DNA from: an uncultured Methanosarcinales archaeon
GTDB taxonomy: Archaea > Halobacteriota > Methanosarcinia > Methanotrichales > Methanotrichaceae
Reading direction: 5' to 3'
Assembly: GCA_963843555.1 (NCBI GenBank)
Contig: CAWJKV010000002.1
Location: 32,001 to 96,000, forward strand
DNA length: 64,000 nt
The translations under genes were made by a program, and so were the position numbers. Positions 11,275 through 21,490 of this stretch are shown piece by piece; the stretch's first letter is position 1; each line of letters opens with the position of its first letter. The notes under the pieces are model-generated. The model had not been told where the DNA came from, did not search any database, and saw only the letters and a list, made by a program, of their open reading frames with translations.

Positions 11275-13025
11275 AATTGTGTGTAGTTGGCATCGGCGGA
11301 GCTGGCGGCAATGTCACCCGCGAGTTCATAGGAAATGTTGATCTTGATTTTAATCTGATTTCCAGCATAACCAAAGCCGAATATATATCCCCAGGCATGA
11401 TGAAAGGAATATGGCTTGACGCTGACAAGAATGATGCCCGTAACCTTCAGCATTTCTTTGGAGATATCAACGATGGAGCATATCCGGCTTTCTTCATCCC
11501 ACATGACGCTATTGAAGATGCGTCAGATATTCATATTTTTGTGAAAGAGAAGTACGGCTACGATGTAAAGAAGCAGGGTTTCGTGAGAGACGCCCAGTAC
11601 ATAAAAGCCATCTTTGAGATCTTCGATAGTGATTGCGAGATACAGGAGTTGGCAGCGAGAGAATTCGATTTGCTGGATTCAAGAGACAGGAATGGCAACT
11701 CGGAAGAGATGGAGAAAATTGGTCTCAAAGAGGATCCGAATAACGGTAACGGCAATGGTAATGGCAATGGTGTCGGCAATAGTAACTGCAATTCTTTCAA
11801 GAAACAGGCACCCAATCCCATCTTCGATTGCGCCTGGAAAACGATCAAGCCTTACACTACATTAGGTGGCGGCAACTGCGATGGCATTCTCTTCATCGTA
11901 TCTTTTGGTGGCGGCACAGGAACTGGATTTATAAACCCCATCATCAGCCACATCCGAAATGAAGGTAATGCAGACTATCCTGTATTCGTCCTGGGAATTC
12001 TAACTGAGTTTGGCGACTTTGCTGATCGGGCTCAGTTTTCTGAGGAAGGGCGCAGGAATCTGGCGGCAACAAGCGCTCTTTACGACCTGCTCACAGAAAG
12101 TAATGGAGCCAATGGAGTCATCCTGATTGACAATCAGATTCTGGTAGATAAGTTTGGGAAAGATTATGCGGCTATGAACAAGTTCATCTACCAGATGATG
12201 ATGCCAATGGTTTTGGGGCGCGACTACCCTGGAGAGACCCCACCGAGCCAGGCTGTTGCTCATAATTTCACTAAGGGCCTTTCCAGGCCGCCTCTATTCG
12301 TACCGCTTTTCTCGACCATTTCCCGGTGCAAGAATCCAGAAGAGGAGCTGGTCAGAAGAGCTCTTGCGACGGGGAGGCTCTTCGGCTGCACGCCTGAGAA
12401 GGCCGATATTGCGGTGGTCTTTTGCCGGGGGTTTGTCGATTCAGAGAAGATCAGGAAGGCTTTATCCAAGCAGACCGGAATAAGTGAAGGGAAGATTTGG
12501 GTACTGCGAAAGATGGGTGAAGAGAACGATGAGATCCTGATTATGCTCAGGAATCCTTATGGTGACGATCCCCGGGCTTACACCCGCGAGGGAACTCTGG
12601 AGAACAGGTTTTGCAGGGTGATCTCCATGGCTCTCCAGTACATGAATCAAAATGCAGAGGACCTCTTATGTGAGGGCAAGGATAGCCGGAAAAGAAGCAA
12701 AGATGGTTCGGATGAATCAATAAAGCTCACGGAAAAAGCAAAGCATGCTCTGGAAAAGTTCTTCTTTGGGGAACAGGGATTTATAAGAGACAATTTCGGC
12801 AAAGAGGCGGGTTTTGCCTACGAGCTACGGGAGGCCAGAAGGAGGCTGAGGGATGGAGAGAAGCCCTTTTTCATTTATCCCATGAGGATCTATCCAAAAA
12901 GCGATAGGGTTTTGGAAAATAGCGGAAAGAATTACTGCCAGGACGAAGATGAAATCTCCCGGATCGTTGATAAGCGGATTAAAGAGATACTGGCGGAACA
13001 GGGATTGCTGAATATTGGATGCTAA
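11271..13025 (+). CDS. Divergent tubulin/FtsZ-superfamily (CetZ-like) GTPase
   Basis: T1 VVGIGGAGGN, tubulin signature SFGGGTGTG, PVFVLGIL and VILIDNQ. Has long insertions and a C-terminal extension. Confidence 0.88.
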   Translation: MKLCVVGIGGAGGNVTREFIGNVDLDFNLISSITKAEYISPGMMKGIWLDADKNDARNLQHFFGDINDGAYPAFFIPHDAIEDASDIHIFVKEKYGYDVKKQGFVRDAQYIKAIFEIFDSDCEIQELAAREFDLLDSRDRNGNSEEMEKIGLKEDPNNGNGNGNGNGVGNSNCNSFKKQAPNPIFDCAWKTIKPYTTLGGGNCDGILFIVSFGGGTGTGFINPIISHIRNEGNADYPVFVLGILTEFGDFADRAQFSEEGRRNLAATSALYDLLTESNGANGVILIDNQILVDKFGKDYAAMNKFIYQMMMPMVLGRDYPGETPPSQAVAHNFTKGLSRPPLFVPLFSTISRCKNPEEELVRRALATGRLFGCTPEKADIAVVFCRGFVDSEKIRKALSKQTGISEGKIWVLRKMGEENDEILIMLRNPYGDDPRAYTREGTLENRFCRVISMALQYMNQNAEDLLCEGKDSRKRSKDGSDESIKLTEKAKHALEKFFFGEQGFIRDNFGKEAGFAYELREARRRLRDGEKPFFIYPMRIYPKSDRVLENSGKNYCQDEDEISRIVDKRIKEILAEQGLLNIGC

Positions 13026-13119
13026 AAATCGTGAGGACCTGCTGCTGGTCTGGGCAGGGGAAGGAGCAAGTAAAAGGATAGCTTCCAGAGTGGGAAGAAG
13101 CATGACGCTTCGCATTTGA

Positions 13120-13663
13120 ATATCTTTCGAATCCGAGCCATATCATTCCTTAATCCACTCCAATGGCTCCCAGGTATTCACAGGCTGCGACAGCTCACAC
13201 AGGCTGCTGCAAGGACATGGTCATGCTCACATTTTCTGCGAGTCGAATCCGGGCCCTGGCAAGGGGGAGATCACACACATCACAGTCTTTGCTCCCATGG
13301 TTTTGGCGTCTTCTGGAACAAGAGGCTTTGCAACGGCTGAAAGAGGTTTACATCGATTGTGAATCCAGCATTCAACTGGCCATGCAGGGCCTAGAAGGCC
13401 TGAAGATTTTGCAGGAACTTCCCAGGAAAGAGGCCAGTGCCTGCTTTTGTCAAGAGCGAGGTCGTGGGTCTCTCGCACGCCCTTCCTGCCCACGCGCCAC
13501 CCCAAGGCCACGCGGGCGGGATATTCCCTCGCATGCCTTCTTCCGGAGGAGGGAGATGAGAGAGCGAAGACCGGCGGCGAACGGGGCGGGCTACGGATTC
13601 CGGATCGAGTTTGCGGAGATTGTGCAGGGGCCGGTGGCGGTGGGGTGCGGGACGATGGAATGA
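13120..13663 (+). pseudogene. csb2: Degraded type I-G (I-U) CRISPR Csb2 (Cas5/Cas6 fusion), C-terminal half
   Basis: Joined across frames: SNGSQVFTGCD...GHGHAHIFCESN...GEITHITVFAPM / EQEALQRLKEV / RPEDFAG...SRARSWVSRTPFLPTRHPK / GYGFRIEFAEIVQGPVAVGCG. This matches the Csb2 motif order as recalled and stops before the HFGLGLF loop. Confidence 0.72.
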
Positions 13664-14069
13664 GGGGATTTGAGAGCTATGCTCGCTTGCGTAAGCAATA
13701 TCTATTGATGTCAAAACCCGGCACAGTTGCCGCATAAGAGCAGTCTCCAGCATCGGTATTATAAATCATTGAAAGGATTTAGTGCTTGCCATAGGCCTTG
13801 GAAATCATCTCAAGAATCCGTAGCGAATCGATTTAAACACCATGTGCGATAAGGCGTCAATTAGGGACAAAACCTGGAAAGGAGACTGGATTTTGCCCTC
13901 ATTGCCCAATGTCAGTCATCCCCAATCGTCCCGGGTTGCCATTGTCGCTCGCCCAGCCAGCTCCTTGCTCATAGGCACGCCTGACGGGACGGCGTTATTG
14001 GCAACGCCGAAGATCTCCGCCAGCGATCTTGCCCCTCTCCCAATAATCCCATTTAAGAATTCAAACCTC

Positions 14070-14978
14070 TCAGACCAGCTTCAATAGATCGTCCCTCTTC
14101 AACATATGAACCTCTACCATGTGGTGGGGATGGTAGCGCATCTTCGCCTCCCGGATTCCTTCCACCCCCATATCGCTCTCCCGGTTGATGTAGGTATAGT
14201 CCCTGGCCAGGATCTTGGCCGTCTCGGCATTTATGGCCCGGTAGATTCCTTTGCAGTCGGGAAGGCCCTTCTCGAAGTGCACCAGTGCGGTGTCCTTATT
14301 CAGGCCCTCAAATAGAGACATGGCTCCGATCTTGCCCTCGGACCGGATGGCAAGTCCTGACAGCTCCAGCTCCCGGTAATGCGATATGGCAAAGATCACA
14401 GCATCTTTTTCGCTGGCAAGCGTGGGATCCGATTCGCAGTCCTTCCATTCGCACCACTGATCCAGAAACTCCCTGATCTCGGCGATGTTGCCCTCTCTTA
14501 TCTCCTCGACCTGGGGCGTACAGGTCTTCCTGAATCTGTTCAACTGGTGCCTGATGGTGAGAAACCCTTTTCCCGGCAGCTCTGCCAGTTCGGTTGCCAG
14601 ATAGACATATTCAAAGTACCTTCTCTGCGGATGAAACTCCAGCTCCGGATAAAGCCCTGCCATCCAGTCTTTCGTCTCAGTGTCCAGGATCACGAAGGGC
14701 AGCTCTTCTTCGCTCTGGGCGGCAATCATCATGACCTCTCTGAGCAGATCAGGATTGTGGGGGCCGATGGGAGGCCGAAAACGCGTCATTCCTGCGATGG
14801 TGCTGGATAGAACTATGCATTCTTCAACATAGGCATACCTGTAATGGGCATAATCATTCCAGCAGACCATATTTGTAAAGGTGTTGTCGCTGTGGCTCTG
14901 CGGGAAGCGCTCGTAATGCTTAACAAAGAAATCCCTGTCAGCCAGCGTGACTGGCTTAAAATCTGAGGTACTCAGCAC
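14070..14978 (-). CDS. DUF2156 / phosphatidylglycerol-lysyltransferase-like GNAT-fold protein
   Basis: VHFEKG...GIYRAIN...YINRESDMGVEGIREAKMRYHP motif. Confidence 0.88.
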   Translation of the reverse strand: MLSTSDFKPVTLADRDFFVKHYERFPQSHSDNTFTNMVCWNDYAHYRYAYVEECIVLSSTIAGMTRFRPPIGPHNPDLLREVMMIAAQSEEELPFVILDTETKDWMAGLYPELEFHPQRRYFEYVYLATELAELPGKGFLTIRHQLNRFRKTCTPQVEEIREGNIAEIREFLDQWCEWKDCESDPTLASEKDAVIFAISHYRELELSGLAIRSEGKIGAMSLFEGLNKDTALVHFEKGLPDCKGIYRAINAETAKILARDYTYINRESDMGVEGIREAKMRYHPHHMVEVHMLKRDDLLKLV

Positions 14979-15391
14979 GCTCTTGCCTCCCAGTCAAGAA
15001 GCATGGGAACATGCCCGGGCATTGGCCTGAACCCGAGAGTGCTGTAAAAATCCTCTTTCTCAGGCTCTGCAATCAGACCTATCCAGGCAATCTTGCGAGA
15101 TCGGCACTCCTCCAACAACGCCTTGAGGATTGTCTTGCCCACGGCTAAACTCCTCCATTCCGGCAGAACCACCAGATCTTGAATATATGCATCCGCAACT
15201 CCATCGGAGATCACACGGCCCATCCCCACAGCCTTGCCGGTAGTTATATCAATCGCCAAAGCGAAAAGAAAGCTTCCCTGGATCAAATCGTTGATCCGGG
15301 TCTGGTCCATGCCTTTTTTCCACCAGCCTCCGGCACGGTAGAGCTCCACTATCTCCTCCTCTTTCCAGGATCGTACGAGTTCGACCTTCAT
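14972..15391 (-). CDS. GNAT N-acetyltransferase
   Basis: GMGRVISDGVADAYIQDLVVLPEWR and FYSTLGF motifs. Overlaps the DUF2156 gene. Confidence 0.9.
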   Translation of the reverse strand: MKVELVRSWKEEEIVELYRAGGWWKKGMDQTRINDLIQGSFLFALAIDITTGKAVGMGRVISDGVADAYIQDLVVLPEWRSLAVGKTILKALLEECRSRKIAWIGLIAEPEKEDFYSTLGFRPMPGHVPMLLDWEARAC

Positions 15392-15640
15392 CCGATCATT
15401 CCTATCTGCCGATCTAACATTCTGCAATATGCCTTCTCCCTGAATATTGAATGTTATTATTTATCACTCATTCTATATCAACCATTATCTATAATCGCAT
15501 AGAGAATATCGAATTATCTTAATTATTGGATATGGAATATGGAATGAAATATAGGACAGCTTATAGAAGGTCAGCGATCAAACTCTTCCAAAAAAGAAAC
15601 GGTTGAAGTCCTCTTGGATGGATCATTCTGCTCAGTCGAA

Positions 15641-16144
15641 TCAATCTACTCTCATGAAGAGCGAACCCGGCGTTGCGCAGATAGGACAGACGCCTGGAGC
15701 AACACGCTCAACAGTATTGCCGCAGACAGGGCAGACATAGTAGGGGAAGGTTTCTCTCTTGGCGCTGGCCTCAAGGTCTTCTAAGAGGCTCTTGTAAAGC
15801 CTGGAATGAATCTTCTCCACCTGATTAGCATAGTCAAAAGAGATCTCGGCAGCCTTATTGCCTTCAGCTTTAGCCGTATTGATCATTTCGGGGTACATCT
15901 TCTCCCATTCTTCATCCTCACCAGCTATTGCTGCCTGCATATTCTCTTTAGTGGACTTGATGGCTTTCATCGCTCTGAGGTGATTTGCGGCATGGACCTC
16001 TTCGGCTGCCGCTGCTGCCCGGAACAGCTTGGCCGCCTGTGCAAAACCTTCTTTATCCGCTTTTTTTGCAAAAGCGCTATACTTGCGATTGGCCTGCGAC
16101 TCGCCGGCAAACGCCTCTTTCAGGAATTTCTCTGTATTGGACAT
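15641..16144 (-). CDS. rbr: Rubrerythrin
   Basis: AFAGESQANRKY, two ExxH motifs, and C-terminal CPVCG...CPIC rubredoxin-like site. Confidence 0.95.
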   Translation of the reverse strand: MSNTEKFLKEAFAGESQANRKYSAFAKKADKEGFAQAAKLFRAAAAAEEVHAANHLRAMKAIKSTKENMQAAIAGEDEEWEKMYPEMINTAKAEGNKAAEISFDYANQVEKIHSRLYKSLLEDLEASAKRETFPYYVCPVCGNTVERVAPGVCPICATPGSLFMRVD

Positions 16145-16224
16145 GGCTTAGAACCTACCTTCACTTTAATCCATCTTTTTACTTATCTATCTTTAAATGA
16201 AGTCTGAGGAGCCCTGGGGCTTCC

Positions 16225-18501
16225 TCAGGCGTATATGTCACCGCGCTCCACCTCTCGGGAAGCTTTCTTGCGAAGCTCCTTTCCTATTTGGGAATAATAC
16301 TTCATGGTGTCGGGCGTGACGGACGGCCCAATCTCCTGCAGGGCAGAAAGGAAATGCTTTTGATAGATCTTCGAGGCGTTCATATCTTCACGCAGAGCCA
16401 GCCGTCCGGCTTTGCGAACCACGGCGGCGATATCCGCTCCTGTGTACTGGTCGGTCTGGCCGATCAGCTCCTCAATGTCGATGTCCTCTGCTAGGGGCGC
16501 CTTTTTCAGGTGCACCTGGAAGATCTTCCTGCGAGATTCCATGTCAGGCACAGGTGCCAGTATCAGCTCGTCAAACCGTCCCGGGCGGAGCAGCGCCGGG
16601 TCGATGATATCCGGCCGGTTGGTGGCCCCTATTACGACCACTCCATGCAGCTCCTCGAGGCCGTCCATCTCGTTCAAGAGCTGGTTTACTATACGCTCTG
16701 TGGCATGTGGCTCTCCCATGGCTCCGCCTCGTATGGGAACCAATGCATCCAGCTCGTCAAGGAAGATGATGGCCGGAGCCACCTGCCTCGCCTTTCGGAA
16801 AATCTCTTCCACTCTCTTCTCGCTCTCCCCATACCACTTGGAGAGAAGCGCGCTTCCCTTGACGGTGATGAAATTGGCCTCGCTCTCATTGGCCACGGCC
16901 TTGGCAAGCATTGTCTTCCCTGTACCAGGCGGGCCGTAGAGCAAAATTCCCTTGGGAGCATCAATACCCAGGCGGAGGAAGCTTTCCGCATTTCTGAGCG
17001 GCCACTCCACCGCCTCCACCAGAAGCTGCTTGACGCTCTCCAGACCTCCGATGTCCTCCCAGTTCACATTGGGAACCTCGACCAGTATCTCCCTCATGGC
17101 GGAAGGCTGAACCTCCCGCATGGCCGCCTCGAAGTCGTCCTTTTGCACTATGAGCCTGTCCAGAATCTCTTTGGGAATGGTCGTCTCCTCCAGATCGATC
17201 TCGGGCAGGATACGACGCAACGCATTCATGGCCGCTTCCCGGCTCACGGCAGAGATATCTGCTCCCACGAAGCCGTAGGTCCTCTTGGCGTAGTCCTCCA
17301 GCACCACATCCTCATGCAGAGGCATGCCGCGCGTATGGATCTGGAAGATCTCCATGCGGCCGTCCGTATCCGGAACGCCCAGCTCGATCTCCCTGTCGAA
17401 TCTGCCCGGACGGCGCAGGGCCATGTCCAGCGCCTCGGGGCGGTTGGTGGACCCAATTACTATGACGTTCTTCCTCTCTTTCAGCCCGTCCATGAGAGAT
17501 AAGAGCTGAGCCACGACGCGCCTCTCGACCTCTCCAGTGACGTCTCCGCGCTTGGGGGCAATGGAGTCCAGCTCATCCAGGAAGATGATGGCTGGGGTGT
17601 TCTTCTCCGCCTCTTCGAAGAGATCCCTCAGGGCCTTCTCGCTCTCCCCGTAATACTTGGACATGATCTCCGGGCCATTTATGCTTATGAAGTAGGCATC
17701 GCTCTCATTGGCCACGGCTTTGGCGAGCATGGTCTTTCCCGTGCCGGGCGGCCCGTGCAGCAGGACGCCTTTGGGCGGATCGATCCCCAGACGGTCAAAG
17801 AGCTCGGGATGCTTCAGGGGAAGCTCAATCATCTCTCGGACCTTGGTTATCACCGGCTTCAATCCGCCGACATCTTCGTAAACAACAGAGGGCACGGAGC
17901 GCTCCGGCGTCTCTACGGCCTGAGGCAAGAGCTCGATATCAGTTCCTTCTGTGATCTTGACGATTCCTCCCGGGCTGGTGGAGACGACTCTGAGCTTGAT
18001 CTCACCGAGGCCAAAGGCCTGAGCGCCTAAAAAGCCACGGAATATCTCCTCGAACATGGTCTCCCTGCCCAGGGAATCTGTGGGAGGTTTTCGGACGCTG
18101 GTGGTGGATATAACATCACCACGCGTGAGCGGCCGGCCGTTAAAGACCTTGGTTAGGACGTCTCCTGGAGCAAAGATCTGCATTCCCTGCGTGACTGGAG
18201 CCAGGGTTACGTGCTTGGCCTCACTCCAGGTCGCCAATTTGACCTCTACATACTGGCCGATGCTCGTTCCAGCGTTGGATCTGATAAGGCCGTCCATCCG
18301 GATCATGTCGGTGCCCTGATCCTGAGAGTAGGCACTGACGGCCAGAGCAGCGGTGGGCCGCGAGCCGGTTATCTCGACTACATCCAGAGGGCGAGCGCCT
18401 ATTTTTATCAGGAAATCTTCTCCCATCCTGACTATGCCCTTTCCCACATCGCCCTGATTTGCCTCAGATACCTTCAGCCTCTCGGTTTCTCCTTCAGTCA
18501 T
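16225..18501 (-). CDS. cdc48: CDC48/VCP family AAA+ ATPase
   Basis: N domain plus two AAA modules (GPPGTGKT twice, FLDELD, RPGRFD). Confidence 0.97.
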   Translation of the reverse strand: MTEGETERLKVSEANQGDVGKGIVRMGEDFLIKIGARPLDVVEITGSRPTAALAVSAYSQDQGTDMIRMDGLIRSNAGTSIGQYVEVKLATWSEAKHVTLAPVTQGMQIFAPGDVLTKVFNGRPLTRGDVISTTSVRKPPTDSLGRETMFEEIFRGFLGAQAFGLGEIKLRVVSTSPGGIVKITEGTDIELLPQAVETPERSVPSVVYEDVGGLKPVITKVREMIELPLKHPELFDRLGIDPPKGVLLHGPPGTGKTMLAKAVANESDAYFISINGPEIMSKYYGESEKALRDLFEEAEKNTPAIIFLDELDSIAPKRGDVTGEVERRVVAQLLSLMDGLKERKNVIVIGSTNRPEALDMALRRPGRFDREIELGVPDTDGRMEIFQIHTRGMPLHEDVVLEDYAKRTYGFVGADISAVSREAAMNALRRILPEIDLEETTIPKEILDRLIVQKDDFEAAMREVQPSAMREILVEVPNVNWEDIGGLESVKQLLVEAVEWPLRNAESFLRLGIDAPKGILLYGPPGTGKTMLAKAVANESEANFITVKGSALLSKWYGESEKRVEEIFRKARQVAPAIIFLDELDALVPIRGGAMGEPHATERIVNQLLNEMDGLEELHGVVVIGATNRPDIIDPALLRPGRFDELILAPVPDMESRRKIFQVHLKKAPLAEDIDIEELIGQTDQYTGADIAAVVRKAGRLALREDMNASKIYQKHFLSALQEIGPSVTPDTMKYYSQIGKELRKKASREVERGDIYA

Positions 18502-18692
18502 ATATCTCTTACACCTGCTTTCTGATTAGATTTGGGCGTCTATTTTTTAAGTAGTTTGCTATTCGCCAGAGCTGTTTCTTCTCGGGACATCCTTTGAGGA
18601 ACACCTTTTTGATATTGCCTAAAAGGTTCCATTAGCTTTAAATCTTCTAAGGACCTAACATTAGGTCGTATAATTCATGGGTGGGTGGAAGA

Positions 18693-18974
18693 ATGGCAGG
18701 TACAATAGATGAATATAAGAGGCTCTTTCGAGAGGCTACAGTAGCTGACCAGATGAAACTGTTTCGGCTTCACATAGCGATCTATCTGGTAGTGAATATA
18801 ATTTGGCTGGCCCTTAATATGATGGACAGAATAAAGATTGAGCCAACCTGGGCGGTATACTATCCCCTGGTTGGATGGGGTCTGCTGGTAATTGTGCACT
18901 ACTGGTTCTACGTGCGCGGTGCAGAGAACCTGTGCCTGCTCAGGGAGCAGATGGTGGAGTCAAAGATCAAATAA
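18693..18974 (+). CDS. Small 2TM-domain membrane protein
   Basis: FRLHIAIYLVVN...W..YPLVGWG...H pattern of the 2TM family. Confidence 0.75.
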   Translation: MAGTIDEYKRLFREATVADQMKLFRLHIAIYLVVNIIWLALNMMDRIKIEPTWAVYYPLVGWGLLVIVHYWFYVRGAENLCLLREQMVESKIK

Positions 18975-19002
18975 GAGAACTACAGCCCTTTTTTTCTGAT
19001 AG

Positions 19003-19251
19003 TCACACTTTTTGCATCAACTCCAACTTTTGAGTCTCTCTATCTTTCAAGAGCTCAATCAGCACGGAGAATATGGCTGCCTCCAGAGGATCGTCCAGTG
19101 CATAGAATGCCTCGCTGGAATGAATTTTGGCCATCCGGGCAAGCTCTTCTGCATAAATCTGGTCCTCCTTCTTCAAGGCCCGACCGGCCCTGACCCAGCG
19201 AGCAGAGACCTCCCGCACGCCCATGCGCACGCTCTCAAAGCTCCGGCCCAT
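19003..19251 (-). CDS. Small helical protein, probable PolB2-operon accessory (arCOG07300-like)
   Basis: MGRSFESVRMG...W...A..HSSEAFYALDDPLEAAIFSVLIEL. TGATG coupling with the upstream ORF. Confidence 0.65.
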   Translation of the reverse strand: MGRSFESVRMGVREVSARWVRAGRALKKEDQIYAEELARMAKIHSSEAFYALDDPLEAAIFSVLIELLKDRETQKLELMQKV

Positions 19252-19769
19252 CAGAAAACCTCCAGGGTGGTCTGGCCGGTTGAATTCGTCTGCGCTTTTC
19301 GACTGCTCTTTGCAGAAGGCCTTGCCGCAGTGCGAGGCCTTTCGGCGAAGCAAAATACTCGGTCGGCATAATTCATCATCTTCTCCAAAAATGGATCTGA
19401 TGCAGGAGAATAGAGAAGCACAATGCAGCTCTTCGCCGCTTCTCTCATCGCCCTGGACACATACTCCACCATCTCTTCCGCGTCCTCGTAAAGTAGGGGA
19501 TCGTGCTCTAAGATCATTAGCGTGTGACGGTTATCCTCCAAGACCGTCATCAGCTGGAAGACGGTAAAAGCCCTCCTCACGTCCAGGTCTGTAAACCTGC
19601 GGTCCAGACCGCTCAATATGCGGGAGTAATTCCCGCAGACGTAAAGGATCTGGAATCTCTGTAAATCGAGGTGGCCGTTAAGGGCCTCGATCAGCAACTG
19701 CACAGGAGCCACGAGGACGTGGAAGGCTCTGTTGCCAAGGGTGATCGCAGGATGCAGTTCGAAGTCCAT
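19251..19769 (-). CDS. Probable inactivated RecA/RadA-fold (ImuA-like) protein
   Basis: ILYVCGNYS...VRRAFTVFQLMT...ILEHDPLLY resembles the RAFT motif of truncated RadA-like proteins. No Walker A. Confidence 0.6.
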   Translation of the reverse strand: MDFELHPAITLGNRAFHVLVAPVQLLIEALNGHLDLQRFQILYVCGNYSRILSGLDRRFTDLDVRRAFTVFQLMTVLEDNRHTLMILEHDPLLYEDAEEMVEYVSRAMREAAKSCIVLLYSPASDPFLEKMMNYADRVFCFAERPRTAARPSAKSSRKAQTNSTGQTTLEVF

Positions 19770-20473
19770 GTGATTGCTTACCTCCTGGGAGAAGATAAGA
19801 TCGAGGAATGAGCGGAGCGAATGTGATTAATTCTTGAATGTATCAATTTTATAGATAAGTCCTGCTTCAATGATGAGCTGATTACAATTATTAAACAAAA
19901 TAAAAAAATGCATATTTTTTGATAGTCGTAGGAAAACTATAGAAAATTTAAGCTATTGTTAGCCTCCATTACTTTTATATATATGCCTTTGTACTTTATA
20001 CAAAGGCCCCAAATCTCTGCATGCTAGTTAATCTATAAATATCGAAAAAGCTATGATAGATTCAGGACCCTCGCGAAGGCTAAATTGAAACAATTCTGAT
20101 ATAAAAAATTAATTTATCATTGATAGAAATTATCTGAAACAGGTTTACATATTAAAACTATTTTAAACAAAATTTTTCATATAATTACATAATGAAATTT
20201 TTTTATTTATTTATGACTAGATTTTATGAATAGCATCAGCCGGGGCTGTCACTGATTCCAATTTATAAATTTATAATTAATATAATGAATCATATATCTA
20301 ATGTGATTAGAACTTCAGATAAGTATAACTAGTATTATTAGTATCACTTAATTGTTTAAAATAAACAGTTCGGCGGCTGTCGAGTTGAAATTTGCGAGAG
20401 TCCAGAAATGCACATCAGTATAAGTGATAATCATGACAATGGTTGTACATATCAGAATCTCTAATAGGAGGGA

Positions 20474-21421
20474 TTGGATCTGGAATGGATGATATTCGCT
20501 CTCCTGGGCACGGTCTTTTTTTCTTGCGCTGGTGTACTGGATAAGCTCCTCCTCAGCAACTCTACAAATGACGCCAAGACCTATATCGTCTGCCAGGTTC
20601 TGGCTCAGCAGCTCTTTACGATCCCACTATTCGTGATAGAGTGCCCGAAATTTGTGTACCCCGAATCCTTCATAGCTCTTCTCTTCGGATGCCTGCAGAT
20701 ATTTCCGTCCTTTTTTTACATGAAGGCTCTACAGACCGAAGAGGCATCGAAAGTCAACGCTATGGAGTACGTGTACCTGATATTTGTTTTCATAGGCTCT
20801 ATATTCCTCTTTGGAGAGGTTCTGGATCTGAAATGCTGCGCTGGCGGACTGCTGCTGATCTTTGGCACACTCATCCTCTCCTACAAAAAAAATGGTGCCA
20901 TTGGCATAGGTTCGAATAGCCGCAGCTCAAAAATCCTGGCAAATCTCATGTCTCTATCGCCAACGATCAAGCCCTTCATGTCGTACTGGATCTTAACCGC
21001 CATCTATTACCTTTGCCTCAAATTTCTCCTCTTATCGATGGATGAGTGGCATCTCTACATCTGGTCATCCTTAGGCAGCCTTATGGTAGTCTTGCCCCTT
21101 ATGTGCAGGCAATCCATCCGCAGCGAGGTTACTGGCTTCTTCGCCAGCGGGGGCATTGCCGTAGGAGTATTGATCTCTGAAGAGACACTACAATTCCTGG
21201 GGCTTATCTTCTCGATCTTCGCCTATGCCGTCGGATCGGTCACACTGGTATCAAGCGTAGGTGCTCTTCAACCCATTCTGACTGTTCTCCTCATTCTGTG
21301 TATGGGAGTCCTCGCGCCAAAACTGGCAAAAGAGATGAATGAAAGGACTGATCGGAGATCATTGATGCAAAAAGGCATATCTTTTATGGTGGTAATGCTA
21401 GGAATATACTTTGTGAGCTGA
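20474..21421 (+). CDS. EamA/DMT family transporter
   Basis: About 10 TM helices in two EamA-like halves. Confidence 0.82.
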   Translation: MDLEWMIFALLGTVFFSCAGVLDKLLLSNSTNDAKTYIVCQVLAQQLFTIPLFVIECPKFVYPESFIALLFGCLQIFPSFFYMKALQTEEASKVNAMEYVYLIFVFIGSIFLFGEVLDLKCCAGGLLLIFGTLILSYKKNGAIGIGSNSRSSKILANLMSLSPTIKPFMSYWILTAIYYLCLKFLLLSMDEWHLYIWSSLGSLMVVLPLMCRQSIRSEVTGFFASGGIAVGVLISEETLQFLGLIFSIFAYAVGSVTLVSSVGALQPILTVLLILCMGVLAPKLAKEMNERTDRRSLMQKGISFMVVMLGIYFVS

Positions 21422-21490
21422 CCGCTGTGTCGTTGACCACTGACCGATCTAGTCTGCAAAAAAGATGTCAGCCTATTCTAAAACCGCAAT

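Noticed and set aside
13025..14070. CRISPR array near the csb2 relic
   Set aside because: No regularly spaced 25-40 bp direct repeats were seen here or elsewhere in the window.
13842..14087. Small ORF or structured RNA downstream of the DUF2156 gene
   Set aside because: Only a short hairpin (GGCGTT...AACGCC) and no protein motif; insufficient evidence.
16288..18525. Long antisense ORFs (e.g. 16510-17502) over cdc48; likewise 24999-25733, 44603-45373 and 47407-48111
   Set aside because: Shadow ORFs opposite well-supported genes, with no recognisable motifs.
19800..20470. Replication origin
   Set aside because: AT-rich, but no ORB (TCCA-GAAAC plus G-string) repeats and no orc1/cdc6 gene nearby.
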